Source of the DNA: an uncultured Armatimonadetes bacterium
Lineage (GTDB): Bacteria; Armatimonadota; UBA5829; DTJY01
Reading direction: 5' to 3'
NCBI GenBank assembly: GCA_963717145.1
Contig: OY970325.1
Coordinates: 96,001-160,000, forward strand
Length of the DNA stretch: 64,000 bases
The translations under genes and the position numbers were made by a program. This document shows, in pieces, positions 1-9,539 of the stretch. Numbering within the stretch: position 1 is the stretch's first letter; each line of letters opens with the position of its first letter. Below the pieces are notes generated by a model. That model searched no databases, was not told the DNA's origin, and was given only the letters and a program-made list of their open reading frames with translations.

Positions 1-10
1 ATCCCCACAG

Positions 11-303
11 GCCGGACCAGAGGTAGGGTTACACCCCATGGCGCAGGGCCGGCCCACGGCTTAGTGGTGTCCTCGGCGATAAAACGAAAGACAGTCATGT
101 GAACTACCGGAACCTTCTGAAACACAGGCAACTCACCATCACCTGCCTCGCCGTCACGGCTTTTGTGATGGGCTGCAAATCCTCGGCGGAATCAGACCGC
201 AAAGCCACGGCCGGGCAGTTCGACAAGGTCGAAAAGGGGACCAAGCGGGAGCCGGACGAGGTAGGGTTAGACCCCATAGCACGCTGCCAGCCGATGGCAT
301 AAT
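11..303 (+). promoter_or_regulatory. Two copies of a promoter block (GAGGTAGGGTTA-N-ACCCCAT, 21 bp, then -10-like element)
   Basis: 11-65 and 251-303 share gccggac..gaggtagggtta(c/g)accccat, then exactly 21 nt ending ggc, then ttagt/ataat. Confidence 0.55.
99..302 (+). CDS. Small possible lipoprotein, possibly a remnant
   Basis: Basic N-terminus, hydrophobic stretch and lipobox-like VMGC; preceded by a promoter-like block at 11-65. Its 3' end overlaps the second copy of that block. Confidence 0.3.
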   Translation: MNYRNLLKHRQLTITCLAVTAFVMGCKSSAESDRKATAGQFDKVEKGTKREPDEVGLDPIARCQPMA

Positions 304-396
304 GTCCTTTCGCAATTGCGGTAAAAGCAGACTGAGAAACAAAGAAAACTGAGAAACATAAAGACACGTCTAAACATCGAACAAAAGAACAAATCC

Positions 397-1017
397 ATGA
401 TGAAAAGAACCCTCATATCACTCAAAACCATAACCAGCCTCCTGGCGATCACGGGCTTTGCCCTGAGCCTGCAGGCAGTTCCGATACCAATCTCCGGCGC
501 CCTCTCCTTCTCCGGCACCTCGACGATCGACGGGGCGAGTTTTGTCACCGCCACGAGATTCTTGGGTTTCGAGAATGTGTTCGTCGGCGCACCCTCGGCG
601 TTGAGCGGGGATTACGCGGGCACGAGCGGGGCGGCAGTCACCGTCACGCCTTTCATCTGGGATCCGCCGGCGGCGAGCACTCCGGTCCAGCCACTGTGGA
701 CGTTCGTTTTCGGCGGGGATACCTATTCGTTTGATCTGAGTGTTCTGCACCAGGACTTCGCTTCGCCTACCAGTCTCCTCCTGTCTGGGTTGGGCACGGC
801 GCACATCACCGGCCCGGGAGCGGACAAACTGGACACCACCGGGTTCTGGAACTTTTCTGCGCAGACGCTGGGGTTGTCGACGTTCACCTTTTCGTCCACG
901 ACCGGGGTTCCCGCTCAGGGAGTTCCCGACGGCGGGGCCACCGCGGCCATGCTGGGCGCGTCTTTTCTCGGCCTGGGATTGATCGGCCGCAAGAGCATCC
1001 GCTCGAAAGGCTCCTGA
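397..1017 (+). CDS. VPDSG-CTERM-type exosortase target surface protein
   Basis: Signal peptide; C-terminal VPDGGATAAMLGASFLGLGLIGRK (VPD-x-G motif, TM helix, basic tail). Confidence 0.85.
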   Translation: MMKRTLISLKTITSLLAITGFALSLQAVPIPISGALSFSGTSTIDGASFVTATRFLGFENVFVGAPSALSGDYAGTSGAAVTVTPFIWDPPAASTPVQPLWTFVFGGDTYSFDLSVLHQDFASPTSLLLSGLGTAHITGPGADKLDTTGFWNFSAQTLGLSTFTFSSTTGVPAQGVPDGGATAAMLGASFLGLGLIGRKSIRSKGS

Positions 1018-1024
1018 AGTCCCT

Positions 1025-1471
1025 TCAAAGAAGGGACGTTCCTGCCTGCCTTGGCCCAAGTCGAGAGGCTTGGGCCAGGGCCAGGTCTTTATGGCCGTAA
1101 GCCTTCCCGAGGGTAATGTAGAGTTCCGATGCCTCCCACTCGTGTTTGCCGATGACATCGGAGGGTTGCCAGATAGTCAGCTTGCGCGCCACAGCGATAT
1201 TGGCGAGCACATCTATGGCGTTGCTGTGCTCACGGTACGATCGGAGGAGTTCTGCATCTACTTTCGAGGTGATGACGTTCTCGAGCCGCCCGGTCTGCAC
1301 GTTCGCGAAAATCGCGCCGCCGGCATCGTACGCGACCAGGCCATCGACCATATCCAGGACCCGTGTCCAAGTCTCGGTGGCCAGCGTGTCGGAATATGCT
1401 TCGCGGACAATCTGGGATAGCAGGTCGACTTCATTGCCCCCGAAAAGGCCGGGATTCATGCCGTCTTCCAT
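1025..1471 (-). pseudogene. Truncated GAF-like sensor domain, probably of a LuxR-type regulator (no HTH)
   Basis: EAYSDTLATETWTRVLDMVDGLV...YREH...DVL resembles N-termini of GAF-LuxR proteins. The ORF runs into hairpins at 1019-1076 and has no DNA-binding domain. Confidence 0.5.
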
Positions 1472-1522
1472 GCGTCTAATATTATCATCATCTCAGCCGG
1501 ACGTCAAGCGATGCCGCCGCAA

Positions 1523-1566
1523 ATCCTACTTTAGTAGGATGAACACTCCAGCAAGCTCCCTATAAT
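1523..1566 (+). promoter_or_regulatory. Perfect 8-2-8 palindrome ATCCTACT-TT-AGTAGGAT upstream of a TATAAT -10 element
   Basis: Palindrome at 1523-1540, TATAAT at 1561-1566; centre about -41.5, between divergent genes. Confidence 0.6.
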
Positions 1567-1828
1567 GCCATCAGCTTTTCCATAGTTTGAAGGACAGTGT
1601 AAATGGCGGACTCGCTGTATCATATGTAAGGACGTGGCCAACCTCCCTTCACGACGGATGTGGCTCACATGGCCGCTGACAAACTGGAGACAGCCCGGCA
1701 TGGAGGCCACCAGACCAAGCCGGGCTGTCGTTTTCTGGAATCCGCCGGCGCCGGCCGCAGTGCACCGACGGCCTGTCGCCCCCAGCGGATACAAGAGGAC
1801 GCTCAAACGTCCCGGAAATGGAGGAGAA

Positions 1829-2548
1829 ATGAAGAGACTCTTGTTCCTATGCCTGGGCATCCTCTGCCTAGTGGCTTCAGGAGCAGCCTGGTCCACGCCT
1901 CTGAACGAGTTCAATGAGATCCAGAATGGGGATTTCGGAACAGGGATCCTGTCGCCCTGGCAGGCGGGCGCGGACATCCTGGTCGCCCAGGACGGGCCCG
2001 GTCACGGCTTGGCAGCCACCTGTAAGTCCTCGGGTGTCGATGTCTGGCTCCGTCAGATCGTGGATGATTCCCTGAACCCCTACTGGAACTGGAACTACCA
2101 CGCCAAGAGGATCGATCTGGTCGCCGACATCACCTGGTCGGGGCTCGCACCCGATTCGCTCTCGGGCATCTCGTTCCGCCTGGACTGGTGGGACGAGAGG
2201 TACAATGGCGTTGGGGCTCCTGCGGGACTCCCGTACTATGCGGGGCCGCCCCCGGCGACTTCCGACCCGGCGCTCGGGTACTTCGTGAGCGACTGGGTGA
2301 CCTACAACTTCGCCGGTACGCAGCAGGGCAACTGGACCGTGGTGAACCCGTTCGACCGGTTCACCCTGCCCATACAGCCTCGATGGGTGTCGGTCGAGGT
2401 CAGCTACCTGCAAGCGCCCGGAGAAGCGGTTTGGCTGGACAACGTGCTGCTCACCGCCGAGTGTGTCCCTGAGCCATCCGGCGTTCTGGCCTTGCTTACG
2501 GGGATCGTCCCTCTCGTGTGGTCACGCCGGTATCTCAAGAGGAAGTAG
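1829..2548 (+). CDS. PEP-CTERM surface protein
   Basis: GGAGGAG RBS, signal peptide MKRLLFLCLG..., C-terminal VPEPSGVLALLTGIVPLVWSRRYLKRK. Confidence 0.9.
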   Translation: MKRLLFLCLGILCLVASGAAWSTPLNEFNEIQNGDFGTGILSPWQAGADILVAQDGPGHGLAATCKSSGVDVWLRQIVDDSLNPYWNWNYHAKRIDLVADITWSGLAPDSLSGISFRLDWWDERYNGVGAPAGLPYYAGPPPATSDPALGYFVSDWVTYNFAGTQQGNWTVVNPFDRFTLPIQPRWVSVEVSYLQAPGEAVWLDNVLLTAECVPEPSGVLALLTGIVPLVWSRRYLKRK

Positions 2549-2566
2549 ACATTCGCGTATCGACTT

Positions 2567-2604
2567 GCAGGCGTCGCCCGGTGCTGGGGCCGGGCGATGC
2601 CTGC
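2567..2604 (+). terminator. GC-rich hairpin after the PEP-CTERM gene
   Basis: gcaggcgtcgcccgg / ccgggcgatgcctgc inverted repeat; no U-tract. Confidence 0.4.
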
Positions 2605-2800
2605 ATGGTTCGCAGCATCCGCCTCCCAGCCTGCTACCGCACCATGCTCGACCACACCAGGAGGTGAGGCCTATCTCGTGGCCCAATGTGGCCGCTCAAT
2701 GCAACGAATCTGCTCTACGACAAGCGACTTTCAATCAGTCGGAGTTCGATCCTGTCGCATAGACAGACAGGACGGCCGGCAATGCTAGAAGGAGAAAGAG

Positions 2801-3673
2801 ATGAAGAGATCAATCACGGCTATTCTGGCGGCGATCATGCTGCTGTGCCTGACAGGACTCGCTCAGGCCGACGTCGCGACCTGGGGAGTGGCGACGGTCC
2901 ACGGGACCAACGAGTTCACCATAGGCCCGGGCAACAGCTCGCTTCATTACAATGGACAGGGGTGGACGAACTATGTCTGGTACAACAACAACGGATCGCC
3001 CCCGGGGACGATCGCACAGGGGATGTACGGCGATCGCACAGGGATGAGGACCTTTGCCACTACAAACGTGGCTCACGGGCGGAAGCTGAGCGATCTGAAG
3101 CTGGAGTTCGAATTCCACAACACCCTTGGCGGCTACCCCACCATCAACTTCTTCGTGACGGACGGTCTCGGACATCAGGGCATCTTTGCGCCAACATCGT
3201 CAGGCATCGGAGACGTGGGAGTGATCGACCCCATCAATGGATGGAGCAAGATGACCGTCGACCTCACGCGGACGGACATCTCCCAGACCGCCAACATGGC
3301 CATCTATGAGCACAACGGGCTGTCCAACAACTACGTGTCTCCCTTCACCACTTTCCAGTGGGGCGAGATCAAGGACCTGACCATCGCCGGCTGGTATGAC
3401 TATCAGAGGAGTCCAACCGGCGGTTGGGATGCCTGGGGCACGAACTTCGATGCCGATGATGGCTTGGCGCTGATATGGGGCGACACCGTCAACAGCAACA
3501 ATTCCTATGGGTTACAGCAGCGTGAGATCCGCAACGTCGCAGTATCCTTCGGCGGGACGACCTACGACGCGACGTTTGCCAATTCCACGGTTCCCGAACC
3601 GGGGTCGCTCCTGGTGATGTGCAGCGGTCTCATCGGTTTGGCGGGATGCATGATGAGAAAGCGGCTCCGCTAA
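2801..3673 (+). CDS. PEP-CTERM surface protein
   Basis: Signal peptide; C-terminal VPEPGSLLVMCSGLIGLAGCMMRKRLR. Confidence 0.9.
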   Translation: MKRSITAILAAIMLLCLTGLAQADVATWGVATVHGTNEFTIGPGNSSLHYNGQGWTNYVWYNNNGSPPGTIAQGMYGDRTGMRTFATTNVAHGRKLSDLKLEFEFHNTLGGYPTINFFVTDGLGHQGIFAPTSSGIGDVGVIDPINGWSKMTVDLTRTDISQTANMAIYEHNGLSNNYVSPFTTFQWGEIKDLTIAGWYDYQRSPTGGWDAWGTNFDADDGLALIWGDTVNSNNSYGLQQREIRNVAVSFGGTTYDATFANSTVPEPGSLLVMCSGLIGLAGCMMRKRLR

Positions 3674-3747
3674 TGTAAGTGTATGGGCACAAGAAGGCGA
3701 TCCTGCAACAGACAGGACGCCTCTATTCCAAGGAAGAGGAGAGAAAG

Positions 3748-4499
3748 ATGAAAAGAGCTATCGTAGTCATGCTGGCAGCGACCCTGCTGCTGGCAATGGG
3801 GTCCGGCATGGCATCGGCCATTACGGTCACCTTGAATGCGGACACGGCGACGAATGCGTCGGGATCGCCGCTCTGGGCCGCTTACCGCACAGCGGCCTTT
3901 GCTGATGTCGCAGCGGGTACGTTTGTCGACATGCGGAGTGGCACGTATGTAGGACGGAGCATGTTCGAGGCGACTGAAGCCATCGTGTACAGCACCGGTG
4001 ACCTCGGCAAGAGACTCCACTGGTTCTACTGGCTTCCCGGCCAGACCGTCGCCGGCATGAACGGCCTGTTCCAGGTCAAAGACGTCACAGACTGGGACGG
4101 TGTCGATTGGACGTATGACTGGGGCACAGGCACTCAAGTCGAGGATGGTCCGGAAGTCGGCTGGATTCAGCCCGGAAGCTGGATCAACTACAACGGCGGC
4201 GTGATAGGGACCTTCGGCAATGCATACTGGGCGTGGGATGACGCCGCTCTGCCCTATGACACAGGGGGTAACGCGTACAACGAGACCGACGCGGCCGACA
4301 TCCAGGCGCTCGCCGGCATGATGTACGCCAGTCAGACTCACTGGACCGGTGTCGTACGCTTCCGGGAGAGTGTGAATGACCCGTGGGTCGTTCAGAGCAT
4401 GAGGGTCGACATGGTCCCGAGCCCGGCGGTATGGCCGTGCTCGCGACCGGTCTGATCGGGATCGGCGGCGCCTTTCTGAGAAGGCGCAGAGCGATCTAG
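3748..4499 (+). CDS. PEP-CTERM surface protein with a 1-base frameshift at the VPEP motif
   Basis: Signal peptide MKRAIVVMLAA. Adding one base at ~4416 (gtcccgag) restores VPEPGGMAVLATGLIGIGGAFLRRRRAI*. Confidence 0.85.
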
Positions 4500-4532
4500 T
4501 CAGCTTAGGACTGGGGCTGAGCGCAAGAACTC

Positions 4533-4567
4533 GACCGGGCTTGGATTCCAGGCCCGGTCTTCTTTTC
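4533..4567 (+). terminator. Intrinsic terminator
   Basis: gaccgggc...gcccggtc stem followed by ttctttt. Confidence 0.7.
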
Positions 4568-4647
4568 GTGTCGCCCAAATTGCCGATGGAACGCATCATA
4601 TGGTATAGTAACCGTCGGTTCACTCTCCTCCCGAAGGGACCGACGAC

Positions 4648-6045
4648 ATGCCCAGTGCTCCTCAGACTCTCATCATCGGCGCAGGACCCGCGGGGATCAC
4701 CGCCGCGAACGAGCTGTCGAAGCACGGCATCTCCGGGATGATCCTCGAGGCAGATGACGTCGTCGGCGGCATCTCGCGGACCGTCGAGCGCGAGGGCTAT
4801 CGCTTCGACATCGGCGGCCATCGGTTCTTCTCCAAATCCCGCGAAGTCAACGACATCTGGACCGAACTCCTCTCCGAGCCGATGCTCACCCGTCCGCGAC
4901 TGTCACGCATCTTCTATCGCAACGACTTCTACGACTATCCTCTGAAGGCGCGCAACGCGTTGGAGAACCTCGGCGTCCTCGAGGCGATGCGGTGCATGTG
5001 CAGTTACGCCGGCGCTCGACTCCGACCGAATCCGTCGCCTGCGAACCTCGAGGAGTGGGTCTCGAATCAGTTCGGGCGGCGGCTCTACGAGATGTTCTTC
5101 AAGGTCTACACGGAGAAGGTCTGGGGCATCCCGTGCACGGCGATCGGCGCTGACTGGGCCGCCCAGCGCATCAAAGGGCTGAGCCTCGGCGCGGCGATTC
5201 GTCATGCCGTCCTCGGGCGAAACGGCAGCGTCGTCACGACTCTGATAGATGAGTTCCAGTACCCGAGGCTCGGGCCCGGGCAACTCTGGGAGGACGGCGC
5301 TCGGAAGGCGGTCGAGAGCGGCTGGTCACTGCGCACGTCGAACCGAGTGACGGAGATCGACGCCAGCGGGGGAGCGGTCCGATCCGTGACGTGCGACGAC
5401 GGTTCGAAGCACGAATGCAGCGAAGTGCTCTCGTCGATGCCACTGAGGGAACTCGTGCTCAGCCTCAATCCCGAGCCGCCCGACGACGTGAAGACCGCCG
5501 CCCGCGAACTGGCGTATCGTGACTTCATCACCGTCGCGCTCGTGGTCGATGCCGCCGATGTATTCCCCGACAACTGGATCTACATCCACTCGCCCGAAGT
5601 CACCATGGGCCGCGTGCAGAACTTCAAGAACTGGAGCCCCGCGATGGTCCCCGATCCGGCGAAGACGTGTCTGGGCATCGAGTACTTCTGCAACGAGGGC
5701 GACGACCTGTGGAACATGCCCGACGACGCATTGATCGATCTCGGCTATTCCGAACTGAAGACGATCAAGCTCCACGGCGGCGACCTCCTCAGCGGGCACA
5801 TCGTCAGGGTGAAGAAGGCGTACCCGGTCTACAACACCGGTTACGCCGAGCGGCTTTCCACCATTCGTCGCTACCTGGATACCATCACCGGCCTCCAGTG
5901 CATCGGTCGAAACGGCCAGCACCGGTACAATAACATGGACCATTCGATGATGACCGCCCTGATCGCCGCGCGAAACATCGCCGGGGACGCCCGAAAGGAC
6001 GCGTGGGCGGTCAATGAGGACGCGGAGTATCATGAGGAAGCTTGA
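4648..6045 (+). CDS. NAD(P)/FAD-dependent oxidoreductase (protoporphyrinogen oxidase / UDP-galactopyranose mutase-like fold)
   Basis: IIGAGPAG dinucleotide-binding motif, [26 protein letters not shown]. Confidence 0.85.
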   Translation: MPSAPQTLIIGAGPAGITAANELSKHGISGMILEADDVVGGISRTVEREGYRFDIGGHRFFSKSREVNDIWTELLSEPMLTRPRLSRIFYRNDFYDYPLKARNALENLGVLEAMRCMCSYAGARLRPNPSPANLEEWVSNQFGRRLYEMFFKVYTEKVWGIPCTAIGADWAAQRIKGLSLGAAIRHAVLGRNGSVVTTLIDEFQYPRLGPGQLWEDGARKAVESGWSLRTSNRVTEIDASGGAVRSVTCDDGSKHECSEVLSSMPLRELVLSLNPEPPDDVKTAARELAYRDFITVALVVDAADVFPDNWIYIHSPEVTMGRVQNFKNWSPAMVPDPAKTCLGIEYFCNEGDDLWNMPDDALIDLGYSELKTIKLHGGDLLSGHIVRVKKAYPVYNTGYAERLSTIRRYLDTITGLQCIGRNGQHRYNNMDHSMMTALIAARNIAGDARKDAWAVNEDAEYHEEA

Positions 6046-7444
6046 CAGGCCGCGACTGGTACTGGCGCTCATTCTGCTGGTCGCCGCGATATGCCTCAGT
6101 GTGCAGATCGTCGGCCACCAGTATGACCCCGTCATCGCCGATGCCGCGAGCTACAACAGGCTGGCGATCAACCTCCTCGAGAACCATCACTACTCCGGCA
6201 CGTTCCGCATGCTCAACGGTCCCCACTTCATCTATGACAGCATGTACCGCCCGCCCGCGTACCCGTTCTTCCTCGCGGGGGTCTACGGCGTATTCGGGGT
6301 GGACAATCGTCTGGCGGTGTACATCATCCAGGCGATTCTCCTGCTGCTGTCGATCGTTCTCGCCCACAGGATCGCGCTCGCCCTGACCGGCGATTGGCTC
6401 GTCGCGAACCTCACGGCCGCGATCAGCGTCGGGTTCATCGGGTGGCAGGGGCGAATGGTGACCGTCCTCGGCGGTGAGATCCTCGCGCTCTTCACGATAT
6501 GCGCGGCGGTCCTCTGCCTGATCCTCGCCTTACTCAGTGCGCCCCCACCGTCAGTCCTGAGTGCGCCCCCACCGTCTAGTCCTGAGTGCGCCTCTGGGCG
6601 TGTAACGAAGGACGGCCTTGTGGCACTCCGTAGGCCGTCCTTCGTTACACGCCCAGAGGCGCACTCAGGACTAGACGGTGGTAACGGGGGTGGGGTGCGG
6701 CCGTGGATGCTCATCGCTGCCGGACTACTCTACGGACTCTCGACCCTCAACAAGCCGATCCTCCTCCCGGTGATCCCACTCACCGCGCTCGTCGTGTGGC
6801 GATGGAAGGACCTCCGATGGGCCGCCGTGTTCGCGATCGTGTCGATGGCCGTGATCCTCCCATGGACCGCCCACAACTACGCGATCAGCCGGCGGATCGT
6901 GCCCGTCGCGACCGGCCTCGGCTTCAACTTCTGGATCGGCAACTGGCCGCGCTACTACACGGCGGGGTGGGGGGGCAGGACCATGAACGAGGGCCTCCAC
7001 CTCGCCACGCAGGGGAAGCCGACCTGGGACGCCGACCCGATCTTCATGCGCGAGGGCATCTCGTACATCGAGCAGAACCCGCTCCGTGCCTCGCGGATAT
7101 TCTTCCTCAAGTTCGGCCGCACGTGGCTCGGAGACCTCGGGATGTCACCGAGGGAGTCGCCGGACATCGCACTCCGCATCGGCGACTTCGGCATCCCATG
7201 GATGGCATTCTTCATGGTCCCCGCGTTCGTGCTCGGGATCATCGGGATGAAGCGGGCCAAGAGCCCGGGCGCGCTCCCGATACTCATCCTCCTCGCCGTC
7301 TGGACCGCCGGCTACGTCGCCGTCACCGCCGAGCACCGATACACCTTCGCCGTCGCCGAGCTGCTCTTCATCTTCACCGCCGTCCCCCTCGCCGGACTGC
7401 TGGGGAAGGGTGTTGGGTGTTGGGTGTTGGGGTGTCGGGTGTAG
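6032..7444 (+). CDS. GT-C fold (GT39/ArnT-like) membrane glycosyltransferase containing an in-frame palindromic insertion
   Basis: DAASY...[11 protein letters not shown], many TM segments, PWTAHNY...GFNFWIGN; overlaps the upstream stop. Confidence 0.8.
   Translation: MRKLDRPRLVLALILLVAAICLSVQIVGHQYDPVIADAASYNRLAINLLENHHYSGTFRMLNGPHFIYDSMYRPPAYPFFLAGVYGVFGVDNRLAVYIIQAILLLLSIVLAHRIALALTGDWLVANLTAAISVGFIGWQGRMVTVLGGEILALFTICAAVLCLILALLSAPPPSVLSAPPPSSPECASGRVTKDGLVALRRPSFVTRPEAHSGLDGGNGGGVRPWMLIAAGLLYGLSTLNKPILLPVIPLTALVVWRWKDLRWAAVFAIVSMAVILPWTAHNYAISRRIVPVATGLGFNFWIGNWPRYYTAGWGGRTMNEGLHLATQGKPTWDADPIFMREGISYIEQNPLRASRIFFLKFGRTWLGDLGMSPRESPDIALRIGDFGIPWMAFFMVPAFVLGIIGMKRAKSPGALPILILLAVWTAGYVAVTAEHRYTFAVAELLFIFTAVPLAGLLGKGVGCWVLGCRV
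6569..6681. repeat. Long palindromic element, family A (GTCCTGAG...AACGAAGGACGG), copy 1, inside a CDS
   Basis: Perfect 50-bp inverted repeat (6569-6618 / 6632-6681), preceded by a ~24-bp tandem duplication at 6536-6584. Confidence 0.9.
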
Positions 7445-7533
7445 GGTGTTGGGGCAGACTCCCTCTCCGTTGCGGGGAGGGTTGGGGAGGGGTGATCCGG
7501 GATTCCGCATTCCGCATTCGCAATTCCGCATTC
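7408..7533. repeat. Composite repeat: GGGTGTT heptamers, a CCCTCTCC...GGGGAGGG palindrome, ATTCCGC heptamers
   Basis: Tandem 7-mers flanking ctccctctccgttgcggggagggttggggagggg are directly visible. Confidence 0.8.
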
Positions 7534-7735
7534 GTAGAGTTGCCTACGTCCTGACCGCGTGGTCATGGCCCGGTCGTCCACCCCCGCCGATTCGATTGTG
7601 TAAAGAGCGATCTTACATTCCACATTGTCGGCCCGATTTGAGAAACTCTTTACATTTTTTTCGGGGGAGAGAAGAAATGTGAGAAACCTTCAGGCATACC
7701 AGGTGGAGGGAAGGGGGGTCATAGCAGAGGGGGGA

Positions 7736-8149
7736 TCAGATCGGGAACTCGAAGTTGGGATGTTCCACCCGCAGCACCGCGTTGTACTGCTTCTTGAACC
7801 GGTGACTTCTATTCTGGAGGTCAGTCCCCAGAAGAGGCATCCGCCGGCTGATGACAAAGGCCAGCTTCGGGCAACACCTGGCATCCGCGCTGATCTGCTT
7901 GATCGTCTCCTCGATCTGTTCGAGCGCGTGCTTTACGTCGGACCCTTTGAGTTCAACGTAGTGCTCGACGGCATCCCGAGTGATGATCAACCAGTCGCAC
8001 CGTGGGCCGTCGGTGATGGCGCAACCATCCACGACAATGCGTCGCACCTTGAGCCCCTTTGGGTTGATAAAGAACATATTGCATCGCTTCTCGGCGAGAG
8101 GAATGCGCCGCCTTCGGTCACTATGTTCGCATTTACCGAAGTCGGGCAT
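7736..8149 (-). CDS. Small protein with a PD-(D/E)xK-like motif, partner of the upstream ATPase
   Basis: RCDWLI...HYVELKG pattern; starts 2 bp after the ATPase stop. Confidence 0.65.
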   Translation of the reverse strand: MPDFGKCEHSDRRRRIPLAEKRCNMFFINPKGLKVRRIVVDGCAITDGPRCDWLIITRDAVEHYVELKGSDVKHALEQIEETIKQISADARCCPKLAFVISRRMPLLGTDLQNRSHRFKKQYNAVLRVEHPNFEFPI

Positions 8150-8151
8150 AT

Positions 8152-9417
8152 CTACTCCAGTTCCAGGAGATCGCCGAACTGCACTGCGAGGTCGTCAGAT
8201 ACTCGGTCGATCAGTTCCGCCGAGATCAAGCCGGTGTCCGGGTCTATGATCGAGCGCCCGCCTCCCCCTTCGAGGACGTATGCGGCGACGACATCCGGAT
8301 CGAGTCTCTGGGCGGCGGGAACGATGGCGTCGAGTTCCTTGATCTTCTTCTTGGGCAGCGTCTTGGCGAGCGAGCCGGCTTGCATCAGGTTGTTGAAAGA
8401 CGTCAGGATGTATGGGCTGTGGGTGGTGATGATGAACTGCAGAGGAACCCTCGGGACATTGAACACCATGGCCAGTAACTCGACCACACTACGTTGAGCT
8501 GTGGGGAAGAGATGGGCTTCCGGCTCCTCGACGCAGACAGAGTATCCATATTCGGGAAACGCCATATAGGGCAGCAGTTCAAGGACGCGAGCCAGAGGCA
8601 ACATCTCCTGCTGGCCCGAGGAGGAATAAGCTAGCGTAGTAACGCGACCGTCATCCAGCCTGATGAAGTCCTCATCCTTCTGGCGAATATGCTCTCCGCA
8701 CAGAATGGAGCGAACCAACTTACGGATATCGTCCGTCGGCTTCTCTCCAACACGCTTGACGCTATACATGGACTCGGTGCCAATTCTTTCGTAGAAGCTC
8801 CCAAACTCCATTATGAAAGGATCAGCTGTATAACCGCTCTTCATGAGCGAGAACATTCCTTTTTGCACGTATGCAAAGAACGAGCGACCCGCTGGAATGA
8901 ATATCTGATCAGAGAAGGCATCCCAACCTAGCTTATTGGCTATCGTGTTACGCAGGTGCAGATATGCCGGCAGAAACGCTGCGCCAAAGTCCAGTTTGTG
9001 CTCGTCGCTCTCTTCGCCTCGCGGTGGCACTATTCGCCGATGAAACGATCTCAATTCCGTATCGAAGAACTTGGAGTAGTCCAGCTTGAGGCCAGATTCT
9101 GGATCACCATTCCCATGGACTTGTATGAAGCCGTCCCCAAGTTCGTATCTGACCCGGAACTCTCCTGCAGACCAACTGCTTGGCGAGAAGTAGCTCTCGA
9201 ACTTGCGCACAAGCGAAAACCGGAAGTCCTCAATGGGGTCACCGGTATGCCAGACCCCAGCCGAAAGCTGGCCTACGAACCCCTTGAAGTAGTAGAGCAG
9301 TTTGGCGCAGATGCTCTTGCCGACAGCCTGCGGTCCTATCAGAATGTTGATCTTCTTCAGGTCCAGTTCGAGGTGCTCAATCCCGGCAAAGTTGTCGATG
9401 ATCAGTCTTTCGGCCAT
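8152..9417 (-). CDS. ABC-type ATPase of the AAA_15/AAA_21 kind (no TM partner)
   Basis: Walker A GPQAVGKS, IPAGRS, signature SSGQQE, Walker B EEPEAHLFP, TTHSPY; GGAGG RBS. Confidence 0.85.
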   Translation of the reverse strand: MAERLIIDNFAGIEHLELDLKKINILIGPQAVGKSICAKLLYYFKGFVGQLSAGVWHTGDPIEDFRFSLVRKFESYFSPSSWSAGEFRVRYELGDGFIQVHGNGDPESGLKLDYSKFFDTELRSFHRRIVPPRGEESDEHKLDFGAAFLPAYLHLRNTIANKLGWDAFSDQIFIPAGRSFFAYVQKGMFSLMKSGYTADPFIMEFGSFYERIGTESMYSVKRVGEKPTDDIRKLVRSILCGEHIRQKDEDFIRLDDGRVTTLAYSSSGQQEMLPLARVLELLPYMAFPEYGYSVCVEEPEAHLFPTAQRSVVELLAMVFNVPRVPLQFIITTHSPYILTSFNNLMQAGSLAKTLPKKKIKELDAIVPAAQRLDPDVVAAYVLEGGGGRSIIDPDTGLISAELIDRVSDDLAVQFGDLLELE

Positions 9418-9539
9418 GGCTACCTCCAGGCAACCCTTCCTTACGCTACACCAATGCTCAATACCCAGTGTCAACCCGTTGCTCAACCGCGATTATATCA
9501 ACTTGCATGGTTGAAAAGCAACATGAAGCACCGGAAGGT

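Noticed and set aside
4648-6045. Assigning hemY or glf
   Set aside because: The motifs fit a broad FAD oxidoreductase family found next to glycosyltransferases; the specific function cannot be determined.
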